DNA from: a virus
Taxonomy: Duplodnaviria > Caudoviricetes
DNA length: 64,000 nt
Reading direction: 5' to 3' (one strand)
Virus record (IMG/VR): IMGVR_UViG_3300024249_000006
Span: 2,880 to 66,879 of that record
In this document: piece by piece, positions 31,281-40,620 of the stretch
How positions within the stretch are numbered: the first letter of the stretch is position 1
Layout: every line of letters begins with the position of its first letter
Position numbers and translations under genes: made by a program
The notes under the pieces: model-generated
The model's database searches: none
Told to the model about the DNA's origin: nothing
Seen by the model: only the letters and a program-made list of their open reading frames with translations

Positions 31281-32345
31281 ATGGCAGAGAAAACCGGCAA
31301 CCTGATCCTGGAGCTGGTGCCTGCGCCTGGCACCGGCAGCTTCACGTTGGGAACGCCCGCGCCGAACCGGCTGCCGTGGTCGTTCGGCGAGGGGATTTAT
31401 TGGACCTCGGGGGCGCAGCTCTACTACTTCGCCGACGACACCGCGCAGCAGGAATGGGGCTACGGCACCTACACCAGCGGCAGGCTGACGCGCGATCAGG
31501 TGCTGTGGAATTCCAACAGCAGCAACGCGCGGCTCAACTTCGGGACCAAGCCAGTCTACCTCTATCCGGAGATCCCGGCGGAACGGCAAGTGTATCGCGA
31601 TCCGGCCTCCGGGCGGCTGATCGCGGCCTACGACATCACCAGCCCGACGCAGAACCTGGGTCCGCTTGCGGGCCATCGCAACCGCCTCATCAACGCCGGG
31701 TTCCAGATCAACCAGCGGAACTATGCCGGTGCCGCCACCGCCGCAGGCCTCTACATGCACGACCGCTGGAAGGCGGGTGCGGGCGGCTGCACCTACAGCA
31801 CCAACCCGCTGTTCCCGGGCTCCACGATCACCATCACCGCGGGGACGCTGCAGCAGGTGATCAATGCCGTGCAGATGGACGGTGGGACTTACACGCTGTC
31901 CTGGACCGGCACGGCCACGGCGCGGGTCGATGCCAGTGCCTACAGCGCGAGCCCGCTGACGGTGACCGGCCTCGCCGCCGGCGTGACCCACACCGTCGAG
32001 TTCAATACCGGCACTGTCCGCTACCCGCAGTTCGAGCCCGGCGACGTCGCCACGAAATGGGAGATCCGGCACGACGAGCAGGCGCTGTGCGACCTCTACT
32101 ACAGCTGGGGAAATTTCAACTACCAGGGCTGGAACGGCGGAAGCAATCCGATGGTGTTCACTATCAGCCTGCCACAGAAGATGCGCGCCAACCCGACGCT
32201 GACGCTCAACGTGAGCACCATCACCAATCTCACCGGCCCCACACTGACGGCGTTGAACAGCCGCGATCTGGCGCTCTCCGTCTTCGGGGTGGCGGCCAAT
32301 CCCTTCACGTTGTTCGGCAGCTACACCGCGTCGAACGAGCTTTAG
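31281..32345 (+). CDS. Tail fibre/receptor-binding-like protein
   Basis: GTGSFTLG..EWGYGTY N-terminal anchor; HRNRLINAGFQINQR; EQALCDLYY C-terminal domain. Confidence 0.75.
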   Translation: MAEKTGNLILELVPAPGTGSFTLGTPAPNRLPWSFGEGIYWTSGAQLYYFADDTAQQEWGYGTYTSGRLTRDQVLWNSNSSNARLNFGTKPVYLYPEIPAERQVYRDPASGRLIAAYDITSPTQNLGPLAGHRNRLINAGFQINQRNYAGAATAAGLYMHDRWKAGAGGCTYSTNPLFPGSTITITAGTLQQVINAVQMDGGTYTLSWTGTATARVDASAYSASPLTVTGLAAGVTHTVEFNTGTVRYPQFEPGDVATKWEIRHDEQALCDLYYSWGNFNYQGWNGGSNPMVFTISLPQKMRANPTLTLNVSTITNLTGPTLTALNSRDLALSVFGVAANPFTLFGSYTASNEL

Positions 32346-32530
32346 TTCGCGAGGTGCACGAGGTCGTCAGCCCACAGGTCGAGTTTCATACTCTCGCCGA
32401 CGGTGCGGGTGAGGAGCACCAGGATGCGGCCTTCCTCGGCGCGTATCACGCTTTTGACGTTCCACAGCCGGCCATCCTCCAGACGCACGTTGTCGGAGGA
32501 GCTGAGGTTGGCGGCGCGGCGCAGGATCAT
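32342..32530 (-). CDS. Small hypothetical protein
   Basis: Convergent with tail gene, stops overlap. Confidence 0.4.
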   Translation of the reverse strand: MILRRAANLSSSDNVRLEDGRLWNVKSVIRAEEGRILVLLTRTVGESMKLDLWADDLVHLAN

Positions 32531-32675
32531 CGGTCAATTTCCCGATCGGCGTTGGTGTCATAGTTGACACGACAATGACCATCACTGTGAATGCCAGCAT
32601 CAAAACGACGATCAAGGCTTTCCCTCCTGGGGAGGCGTTGCTTATTCGCAACACAGTAGGCCATGAACGTGCGAG

Positions 32676-32975
32676 ATGCAAACTGAACCTTCACTCGGTC
32701 CGTGCTGTGGATGCGAGCGCGACGACGGCACCACGCACACCATCGTTATGCTCGGTTTTCGCAACAAGGTGCCTGGGCACGGCTGGGGCTGCGTCGTCTG
32801 CCACCTGCCCTTCGACGGGACGAGCGCGGTCCTCTGCGATGAATGCACCGCCCGGATGGAACGCGGCGAGGATGTGATCCGCTTCGCATGTCGCGGCTAT
32901 CCGGACACCGAGGGCCGTGCACCGATAGGCAAATTCACTGAGCCATTTGAGCATGATCTCACCATCGAGCATTGA
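32676..32975 (+). CDS. Cys-rich hypothetical (Zn-binding) protein
   Basis: CCGC, CVVC and CDEC motifs. Confidence 0.55.
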   Translation: MQTEPSLGPCCGCERDDGTTHTIVMLGFRNKVPGHGWGCVVCHLPFDGTSAVLCDECTARMERGEDVIRFACRGYPDTEGRAPIGKFTEPFEHDLTIEH

Positions 32976-33255
32976 GACATCGAGGTCGTGCCAGCACTCG
33001 TCGTGGCGCAGGATGTATTGACACGCGCCAGGACAACGCCGACGCGGATGCCGATGGCACTGCGGCAATGGTTGAGGGCGCGGAGGTGAACCTTTGACCG
33101 AGGAGCCGCTCTGGCGCTGCGTCCGCTGCGACCTGGAACTGCTATTCGTGGTCGACCGCGCGTGTCCGCGTTGTGGCTGTTGGTGGTTGTCGCTCGATGG
33201 CACAACCAAACACGTCGGTGGTCCGAACTGGCCCAAGCCATGATGCGGAGGAGTT

Positions 33256-33624
33256 ATGTTCGTCACCAGTGAATCTCGTCGCTACATCGGCATGGTGATC
33301 GGCACCGGCCAATGCATGGCCCTGGTGCAGCTCACCAATCCGGGGATGCCGGTGTCGTCGAAGCTGCGTGCCGGTGCGCCGGTGCGCGATTTCGCTCTGC
33401 CGCGTGGCACGGTGATCGGCACGTTCAACGCCGAGGGCCGGTATGCCAACGCCACCGACGGCTCCTCGCATGTCGCGATCTTCCTGGAGCAGGTCGAGGG
33501 AGGCCTCGCTGTGGTCGACCAGTGGACTGGCCAGCCGGTGCACGAGCGGGTCATCCGCTTCAAAGCCGGCGCCGGGCCCGCCTGCGATGACGGTGACCGC
33601 TTCTGCGTCGTCGAGGCCGTGTGA
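33256..33624 (+). CDS. BPSL0067/Tae-type NlpC/P60-like peptidoglycan amidase, candidate endolysin
   Basis: GTGQCMALVQ (catalytic Cys), GRY.N..DGSSHVAIF (His), VVDQW; GGAGG RBS. Confidence 0.8.
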   Translation: MFVTSESRRYIGMVIGTGQCMALVQLTNPGMPVSSKLRAGAPVRDFALPRGTVIGTFNAEGRYANATDGSSHVAIFLEQVEGGLAVVDQWTGQPVHERVIRFKAGAGPACDDGDRFCVVEAV

Positions 33625-33839
33625 GGCGCGCTGAGCGCAAGGCCGCGGCCGAGGCGCTGCGGGTGCAGCAGCTGGCCGAGTTCCACGCCCGTCATCGCTG
33701 CAGCGTGTGCGGTGAGGCGGCCGACGTGTTCGTCATCACCCCGGTGCCCCGCGGTTCGGTCACCCGGAAGTACTGCATTCCTCACGCTCCCAGGACTGCA
33801 TCAGACGCGCCAGCTGCAGCAGCTCCGCCGCCAGCTTGA
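33621..33839 (+). CDS. Small Zn-finger hypothetical protein
   Basis: CSVC...YC..H; GTGA overlap with the amidase stop. Confidence 0.5.
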   Translation: MRRAERKAAAEALRVQQLAEFHARHRCSVCGEAADVFVITPVPRGSVTRKYCIPHAPRTASDAPAAAAPPPA

Positions 33840-33941
33840 TCGCCGCGACGAAGGCCACCAGCTGCTGGGCCGCCCAGGCGTCGTTGGCGATCTCAATCGC
33901 CTCGTCCGTTTTCTCCAGCAGCCAGGGGATGGTGATGGTGG

Positions 33942-34106
33942 TCACCAGATCCGGCCGCCGCCGAACAGGATGATGAAGATGATGATGATCAGCACGAGGA
34001 CGAGCCCGCTGTAGTGCGTCGTCCCCCAGCCAAGGCGCGGGCCCAAATAGACGCCGCCGCCGCCGAACAGCAGCAGCAGCAGGATGATCAGGAGGATGAG
34101 GTTCAT
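33942..34106 (-). CDS. 54-aa two-TM membrane protein (DUF3309-like), absent from ORF track
   Basis: MNLILLIILLLLLFGGGGVYLGPRLGWG...LVLVLIIIIFIILFGGGRIW. Confidence 0.7.
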   Translation of the reverse strand: MNLILLIILLLLLFGGGGVYLGPRLGWGTTHYSGLVLVLIIIIFIILFGGGRIW

Positions 34107-34285
34107 GCCAGCAGCCAATGCTGGCGCGACAGCCCGAACAGGATGATCGCGAGGCAGATCAGCACGATCACCAGCTTGAGGATCGGGTCGATCAGCACCG
34201 GGCCGCGGGCGACGATGATGATAAGATCAACCAGCCAGCAAGCGAGCCACGCGACGACGCCATAGACGAGTGCTTTCTCTTGCAT
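34103..34285 (-). CDS. 60-aa two-TM membrane protein
   Basis: GGAGG RBS; hydrophobic; coupled to the 54-aa gene. Confidence 0.65.
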   Translation of the reverse strand: MQEKALVYGVVAWLACWLVDLIIIVARGPVLIDPILKLVIVLICLAIILFGLSRQHWLLA

Positions 34286-34295
34286 CGGTACCTCC

Positions 34296-34637
34296 CTAGG
34301 CCGAATCGGGAACACGAGATTCGCGCGACTCGCGTCGCATTCTCTCGCTCCATTGCTTGAGCGCGTTGGCCAGCTCGCCGAAGGCCTGCGCCCGGGCGTC
34401 GTGGCGCTTGTAGAACTCGCCCTGCCCTGGCGCCCGGTTCCGATCGCGCTGTGCGGCCTCGCGGATGCTGTGGGCGGTCCCCAGGCCGATGCCGACCAGG
34501 ATGCCCATCTGCATGCCGGCTTCGAACACCTCGGTGACGTCGCCGCTCCCCACAGCCGCCGAGGCCTGCTTGGTGCCGGTCTCGAGTAGCGCGGCCAGCT
34601 CCGCGATTTCATCCACAGGCGGCTTCTGGTCGGCCAT
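34296..34637 (-). CDS. Hypothetical protein
   Basis: MADQKPPVDEIAELA..; GGGGAG RBS. Confidence 0.5.
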   Translation of the reverse strand: MADQKPPVDEIAELAALLETGTKQASAAVGSGDVTEVFEAGMQMGILVGIGLGTAHSIREAAQRDRNRAPGQGEFYKRHDARAQAFGELANALKQWSERMRRESRESRVPDSA

Positions 34638-34970
34638 GGCGCCCTCCCCTGTGCATATTGCACCGTATTGGTCGCACCTCGTCCACCGGGTTGTCCACAG
34701 AGCGGCCAGAGACCGTGCATATTTTTGCTTCCCGTGAAGCACGGGTCAGGAGCGCTGTCATTTCCCCGTCGGTAGAGTCCGAACTATCGGCTCGGCTGGT
34801 GGCGGCCGCGATAGCCCATGCCGCGGCGTTGCAGGATCTCGCACTCCGGACAGAACGCGACGCGCTGCTCGGGGGGACCGGCATACCAGTACTCGCACTC
34901 GATGCACCGGCGCTTCACCATGCCTGGGAGCGGATCCCACGGCTGCTCGTTGATCTCGCGGGCAAGCGTC

Positions 34971-35210
34971 TCAGGGTCGGAAGGGTGGGTCATCCGGGTC
35001 GTCCCGATGCTGGATCGCACGCTCGTTCCAACCCATCGCCCAGGACAGCCGCTTGACCGACAGCCAGTGCGCCCTGTGAGGGTTCTCGTGAAAGCCCAGG
35101 CCTGCGCGATGCGCCAGGACGCCATCGGCGAACGCATCGATGTCCAGGTCGCGCAAAGTGGCGTGCTTGTTGGCCAGCAGCGCCTCGAAAGCAGTCTCAT
35201 CGTCGCTCAT
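34971..35210 (-). CDS. Hypothetical protein
   Basis: Coupled with 35207..35425. Confidence 0.55.
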   Translation of the reverse strand: MSDDETAFEALLANKHATLRDLDIDAFADGVLAHRAGLGFHENPHRAHWLSVKRLSWAMGWNERAIQHRDDPDDPPFRP

Positions 35211-35425
35211 TGAACGCGCTCCAGCTGGACAATCTCGCGGCTGACGATCGAACGAAAGCTGCCATCCTCGCCCTGCAGCACCGGCATCATCCCGACATGC
35301 CCTCGCAGGATCTTATCGAAGGTCAGCATCAGCGACCGGCCGTTGGCAGACGCCAGCAGCACCACGCCGGTGACCTCGTCGAGCCCCATGGTGATGATGA
35401 CCACATCGCCCTTGTGGAACGCCAT
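35207..35425 (-). CDS. Hypothetical small beta-barrel-like protein
   Basis: MAFHKGDVVIITM.. start at 35425. Confidence 0.55.
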   Translation of the reverse strand: MAFHKGDVVIITMGLDEVTGVVLLASANGRSLMLTFDKILRGHVGMMPVLQGEDGSFRSIVSREIVQLERVQ

Positions 35426-35615
35426 CCGTGCACATTGCAATGCCGTTGCTGGTTCGTCTACTGTTCGAGGGCTGGCGGGGGGTTCGCCATGGTGGCCCCT
35501 TCGAACAACCGAACCCGGGAACTTCAGATCGGCCCCCGTCAGCCTGGGCCGGGGGTGAGCCAATACCGGCGACCCTGGAACCGGCCGGGTTTCAGGTCTC
35601 CCCCGGCCCAGCCCC

Positions 35616-36055
35616 CTACCTCCGTTTTTTCTTGATCGACGGCTTGGTGCGGGCGAGCGTCGACTCGATCGACAGCTTGCCGCCCGCCGTGTGCCCGGGC
35701 ATGCCGCGCCGCAACGCCGCGCGACCTTTGTCGGTCATCACGAGATCATTGCCCTGGCGCGCGATCCAGCCGGCGGCGAGCAGCTGCTCGATCTTGTCGG
35801 GCGGGAAATCGGTCACCAGTTCTTGCTTCCCCAGCCAGGCACCTTGTGGCGCTCTGGCTCGTCGGCGTCAGGCTCTTCGAGGACGGGTGGCGCCGGGCGG
35901 CTGAACAGATCGCAGGTCGCCACCGCCAGCACGCTGCCCGCTACGCGCGGGCAGGTCAGCATGTAGGGGTCGAAGGCCTCGCATTCGCGGCAGGGCAGCC
36001 GCCCGGCGGGGCAGGCGTCGAGGTAGCCCGCCTCGGTCTTAGGTATCCGCGTCAC
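35616..36055 (-). CDS. Two coupled small hypothetical proteins (35616..35816; 35813..36055, Cys-rich)
   Basis: ATGA overlap; CREC..C..C motif in the upstream one. Confidence 0.5.
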
Positions 36056-36065
36056 ACGGATACCT

Positions 36066-36182
36066 TCAGCCCCACCACAGCCACCAGCCCAGCAGCCCCA
36101 GCAGCGTCCACATGACAGCTCCGATCGCCAGCCCGATGATCATACCCTTGGCGGCCAGCAGGTCTGGATTGTTCGTGAACAT
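36066..36182 (-). CDS. 38-aa single-TM membrane peptide
   Basis: GAGGAG RBS; MFTNNPDLLAAKGMIIGLAIGAVMWTLLGLLGWWLWWG. Confidence 0.5.
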   Translation of the reverse strand: MFTNNPDLLAAKGMIIGLAIGAVMWTLLGLLGWWLWWG

Positions 36183-36202
36183 ACGGACGTTCTCCTCGGG
36201 CA

Positions 36203-36245
36203 AAAAAAAGGCGGTGCACCCATTGGCCACGGGCGCACCGCCAAG
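36203..36245 (-). terminator. Rho-independent terminator after the PEP-CTERM genes
   Basis: Minus strand: GGCGGTGCGCCC..GGGTGCACCGCC stem followed by TTTTTTT. Confidence 0.85.
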
Positions 36246-36263
36246 TTCAGACCTCAGATAGCC

Positions 36264-36956
36264 TCAGCGGCGCTTGCGCGACGCTGCGGCGGCGGTGCCC
36301 AGCAGGCCGAGGCCAAGCAGGGCTAGGGATGCAGGCTCCGGGATCGGCGCACAGCTTGTCGTGCTGGTCAGCTCGCACAGCCCGCTCACGCGCGGCTGCT
36401 TGAAGCTGTTGAAGCCGAAGGCCGTGCCAGGGATGTCGTTCTCCACCTTGATGTCGGTGATGAACTCGCCGTTCACCGCCACCATGGTCAGGAAGTTCTG
36501 GCCATTACCGAGGGCGAAAACGAACGGCGCACCGAAATTGTCGGTGACGGTGATCTTCGCCGTGCCGGTGCCGAAGTCGAGGTTGATGATCGCGTCGGTC
36601 CAGGCGGTCTTCTTGCCGTTGGCATCGAGACCGGCGGTCATTTCGATCGAGTTAAGCTGGGCCGACTGGTTGCCGCCGTTGTTGATGCAGTTCAGAGCGC
36701 AGAAGATGTCCGCCTGCCCCTTAGCCTGCTGGGTGAGCACCTGTCCGGTGAGGCTGCGGAAATCCACATCAGCGCCGGTATGATCGACCTCACCGTTGTC
36801 GAGCACGACACCAACCTGTGAGGCTTCGAACAGGATGTTGTCCTCATTGGCCTGCGGGTGGTTGCCAGTCGTGAAGATGATGTTGGCGGACGCTGGTACT
36901 TGGCCCCAAACCAAGGCACCGGCGATGAGTGCGGTCGTGGTCAGTAGTCGTTTCAT
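36264..36956 (-). CDS. PEP-CTERM sorting-signal protein 1
   Basis: Signal peptide MKRLLTTTALIAG..ASA; C-terminal PIPEPASLALLGLGLLG..SRKRR. Confidence 0.92.
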   Translation of the reverse strand: MKRLLTTTALIAGALVWGQVPASANIIFTTGNHPQANEDNILFEASQVGVVLDNGEVDHTGADVDFRSLTGQVLTQQAKGQADIFCALNCINNGGNQSAQLNSIEMTAGLDANGKKTAWTDAIINLDFGTGTAKITVTDNFGAPFVFALGNGQNFLTMVAVNGEFITDIKVENDIPGTAFGFNSFKQPRVSGLCELTSTTSCAPIPEPASLALLGLGLLGTAAAASRKRR

Positions 36957-37046
36957 GGTATCGATCCTATCCCAGTTGGGTGATGAAGGCGGGGGCGGCA
37001 TTCCCAGTGCCGCCCCGTCGTTCCCAGACGCGGAGTTGCTCCCCGC

Positions 37047-37718
37047 TTATGCGTCGCGACGCTTGCGGCTGACCATGCCGAGGCCGAGGAGGCCGACGCC
37101 CAGCAGGGCCATCGTGGTGGGCTCTGGCGCGGCCACGGAGGCATTCGCGACGCCACTGAAGGACGAGGTGAATGGCGCGATCGTGGTGCCAGCGATGGCG
37201 AGGCCGCTGAGGTTCGACATCGAAAGAGTCCAGCTCGACGGCGCAGCCAGATCGGCCGCCGGGATGATGCTGGAGCTCAGCAGCAGCGCGTCGGGCGGAT
37301 TGGCGACGTTGACCGACAACTGAGAGCCACCGGTGAGCCCGAACGCCGCGTCAGTGAAGCTACCCTGCAGGTCGATGGTGCCCGAGCAGTTTGCACCCGA
37401 GGCGACGCAGAAAGTGCCGCTGTAGTGCTGCAGGATCGCCGGGCCGATCGTCGTGGCCGCGTCAGTCGAGTGTGCGTTCAAGGTGAAGATCGCGGCAATC
37501 GCTGGCGGCGTGACGACACCGAACAGCTGGCTGATCAGGACGTTCGCGCCAAGCGGGTTGATCGTGGTGATCGTGGTCTGCGTGTTGCCCACGTTGGTCG
37601 TGGCGACGAGCGTGTTGAGAGGCGAGGTCTGGCCGAAGCTGATGATCTGCGTGGCATTGGCCAGTGGAGCGGCAGCGACGGCAGCGATTGCCGTGGCAGC
37701 CAGTAGCAGGTTTCGCAT
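37047..37718 (-). CDS. PEP-CTERM sorting-signal protein 2
   Basis: Signal peptide MRNLLLAATAIAA..ANA; C-terminal APEPTTMALLGVGLLGLGMVSRKRR. Confidence 0.92.
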   Translation of the reverse strand: MRNLLLAATAIAAVAAAPLANATQIISFGQTSPLNTLVATTNVGNTQTTITTINPLGANVLISQLFGVVTPPAIAAIFTLNAHSTDAATTIGPAILQHYSGTFCVASGANCSGTIDLQGSFTDAAFGLTGGSQLSVNVANPPDALLLSSSIIPAADLAAPSSWTLSMSNLSGLAIAGTTIAPFTSSFSGVANASVAAPEPTTMALLGVGLLGLGMVSRKRRDA

Positions 37719-37835
37719 GTGGTTGTTCCCTTGCAAGGATTGCCCCACCGGGATGGGGGCCATGGGATACAAGCACGGATTGTTCCGCTATGGTTGTAAA
37801 GAGTTCAAACAGTTTTATTGAAATATCCACAGGCC

Positions 37836-38442
37836 TCAAGGGCCCACGAACATGCCCATCAGGCAGACATTGCAGATCCGCTTAACCGTGCGCGGCGCGT
37901 ACGGCCGGAAGTAGACGCCGTGGCCACACCGCGTGCAGGCCGAGGTCTGGTTGTCGGGGAAATCCCCAGGATCGGGCAACCGCATGCAGACCATCAGATC
38001 GGCGGTCTCCGCGGTCGCATCATCAACCACCTGGATCGTGACCTTCTTCGTCATAGCAGCTTCGGCTGCGCTGGCGCCGGGGTGACGCCCGGCACCCGGG
38101 GCAGCGGCTGGTAGCGCGGCGCCTCGTAGCCCGCGTCGACCTGGGCGCGGTGTGCGAGGCACGCCCACACCACCGTGGGGTCAGGCCACAGGCCGAACCC
38201 GAACCGGCCCGGCCCGCCGCAGATCCGACAGGCTCCGCTCAATCAGGAGGCGAGGCCTCGGGCTGCTTCACCCAGGCCTTGTCCATGATCATCACGCCAG
38301 TTTTGCCAAGCAGGACGCGCGGCATCTCTGGCTCGAGCAGCGCCGCGACCGCGCCGCGGAGCTCCTCGATCTGCCGCGCCTGGGCTTGGTTCTCGGCCTT
38401 GAGGGTGGCGACCTCCTCCCGCAGCCTATCCTCCTCGGTCAT
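37836..38442 (-). CDS. Three coupled small hypothetical genes (37836..38054, 38051..38242, 38239..38442)
   Basis: ATGA overlaps; two carry CxxC pairs. Confidence 0.5.
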
Positions 38443-39653
38443 GACCACAGGTCTCCCGCGACGTGCGTGGTCGGGATGGTCGGGGTGGTCATCTCGAACA
38501 CGATCGCCGACAGCGCTGAGCTGCTCATCCACACCTCCGGGTGCGCAGTGGCGTAGAGCGAGAAGTCGGCGACGGCCATCTGGTGGTACTGGTCGAGCGT
38601 CAACGCCGGCGGCGGCGGAGGCGGAGGAGGCGGCGGTTCCGTCGTGCCTCCACCACCAGTGCCACCACCATCGCCACCCCCACCAGTGCCACCAGTGCCC
38701 CCAGTACCACCCCCGCCATTGGCACCCCCGCTGCTCGGGTTGATGAACGTCATCGAGCTGGTATCGAGGCTCGGCCGGGAGGCCAGCAGCACGGTGCCCG
38801 ACTGGGCCAGGGGCCCGGTGGACAGCTGACCCCCGGTCAGCCCGAACACGCTGTTGTTGGTGAAGCCGATCGTGGTGCCGTTGGCATCGAGGATGCCGCG
38901 GCCGCTGCCGGTGTCGTCGTTGACGACGGTGTTGCCGGTGAGCGCGACGCTGTTGCCGTAGCCGGCGGCGACGCCCTCCTCGGCGTAGGCGACGATGAAC
39001 GGGTTCTGGGTTGCGCCACCCTGCTCGATCACGTTGTTGGAGATCTGCGCATTGCCGCCGTTCGGCAGGTCGATGCTGTAGCTGGCGCTGCCGCCGTTAT
39101 CGAAGATCCGGTTGCCGGTGATGGTGTTGTTCGCCGCGCGCGACTTGACCTCGTGGCCGACCACCGCGTCGTGGATGTAGCTGTTGGTCAGGGTGAAGCT
39201 GGCGATCTGCCCGATGTAGAGGTTGTGCGTGCTGCCTGACCCATCGCCGTTGTGCGAGAACTCGCTGTGATCGATGGTGATGCTGCCGTTCGGATCCGCC
39301 GCGCCCAGGATGCCGTCCTGGTTGTCGTGGAAGTAATCGTTCGAGAGGGAGAGGTTGCCGCCCTCGTAGCGAATCGCCGCGCCGTTCCTGTCGGGCACCG
39401 TGACACCTGAGATCTCGAACCCGTTGATGACGACGTTGTCGCCATGCTCGGTGATCATCGCCTTGCCGTCGTCAGGCGAGCGGGTCTCGACCATCTGCAC
39501 CTCGCCGTCGACCGCCTGCAGCGTCAGGCTCTTGTCGATCGAGAGGAACTGGTCGGTGTAGACGCCGGCGGCGACGTCGATCGTGTCGCCAGGGTTAGCG
39601 GCGTTTATCGCAGCCTGGATGGACTGGCCTACGGCCACGTTCAGCACAGTCAT
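38439..39653 (-). CDS. Right-handed parallel beta-helix (pectate-lyase-like) protein with Gly/Pro linker
   Basis: SIQAAINAANPGDTIDVAAGVY, repeated FHDNQDGI/FSHNG/IFDN strands, GGTGG and PPPPPPPPPP linker; CAGGAG RBS. Confidence 0.85.
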   Translation of the reverse strand: MTVLNVAVGQSIQAAINAANPGDTIDVAAGVYTDQFLSIDKSLTLQAVDGEVQMVETRSPDDGKAMITEHGDNVVINGFEISGVTVPDRNGAAIRYEGGNLSLSNDYFHDNQDGILGAADPNGSITIDHSEFSHNGDGSGSTHNLYIGQIASFTLTNSYIHDAVVGHEVKSRAANNTITGNRIFDNGGSASYSIDLPNGGNAQISNNVIEQGGATQNPFIVAYAEEGVAAGYGNSVALTGNTVVNDDTGSGRGILDANGTTIGFTNNSVFGLTGGQLSTGPLAQSGTVLLASRPSLDTSSMTFINPSSGGANGGGGTGGTGGTGGGGDGGGTGGGGTTEPPPPPPPPPPALTLDQYHQMAVADFSLYATAHPEVWMSSSALSAIVFEMTTPTIPTTHVAGDLWS

Positions 39654-39861
39654 GTTCGCTCCTGTGGTTGGTTGCGGATCAGCTCGACTAAATGGCGGAG
39701 CCATTGAGCTGCGTCGGTTGGGGTCAGCGCGCCCCGCTCGAGAAGGGTGGCAATGTCGCTGAGCGCATTGGCCATCGATCTCGGGACCATAGCAGGCTGC
39801 GCCTTCGGTGTGTGGCTGGCTCCTGCCACCCCGACCGGACGATCCTCCTCATCGGTTGATT

Positions 39862-40323
39862 TCATTCAGCTGCCATAGTCGGTTCGCGTGGATCTGCGGG
39901 CATTGGGTTCGCGTCTCCCTCGTCGGTTATCTCGCTATGCTTAGCCGAGGTTAGCTCGGGCTCGGGGGCAGCAATCGCCTTCACCTTCGCCGGCCGAGGC
40001 TTTCGCTCGGGCAGCCCGCGGGCCTCCCTGACGCGCTCACCGACCAGGGCCTTCAGCCCTGGCACCCCCTTGCCGCCGGTGGCCGACAGGACCGCTGCAG
40101 AGGCGTGCAGCAGGGCGTTGAGATCCCCCTCCGCAGGATCCTTGCGCTGTTTAGCGCGGCCCGGCTTAACGTCGATAACCTCGCCGCCGATGCCGTAGGT
40201 GTTGAAGTAGTTGACCAGCCAGACCGGGACCGTGACGTGGGCCTCGTAGGCGGCGGCGTTGATCTTCTCGCGGAGCTCGACTGGGAAGTCCTTCACCAGC
40301 CAGGATTTCACGTTGGGGGCCAT
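39862..40323 (-). CDS. Ribbon-helix-helix (CopG-like) DNA-binding protein
   Basis: KSWLVKDFPVELREKINAAAYEAHVTVPVWLVNYF strand-helix-helix pattern. Confidence 0.55.
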   Translation of the reverse strand: MAPNVKSWLVKDFPVELREKINAAAYEAHVTVPVWLVNYFNTYGIGGEVIDVKPGRAKQRKDPAEGDLNALLHASAAVLSATGGKGVPGLKALVGERVREARGLPERKPRPAKVKAIAAPEPELTSAKHSEITDEGDANPMPADPREPTMAAE

Positions 40324-40620
40324 TTGGTAATGTTTACCTCGCTAAGCGCATAGCCGAGGTTAGCCGCGAATTCTTCTTGTTTGCAAGCTGCACGTTTTCC
40401 TTGCAAGCTATTGGAATTGCCCCGAGTCGCGGGGCGGCGGAGTGATCCGAATGGCCTAGAAAAGCGAAGGCCGACCCCGAAGGACCGGCCTCCCTCCCTG
40501 GCAGGGGAAAACTGACGAACTGACAGTTGTCAGTCTTCCCCAACTCCGTGCCGATTGCAAGCCTCGAAAGAGGGGGGGGAAGCTGCGTCCTGGTTGGTCG
40601 GTCTCGCGGGGAGACCGAGA

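Noticed and set aside
2288-32345. Diversity-generating retroelement acting on the fibres
   Set aside because: No reverse transcriptase seen; repeat pairs are not adenine-biased TR/VR pairs as far as I can read.
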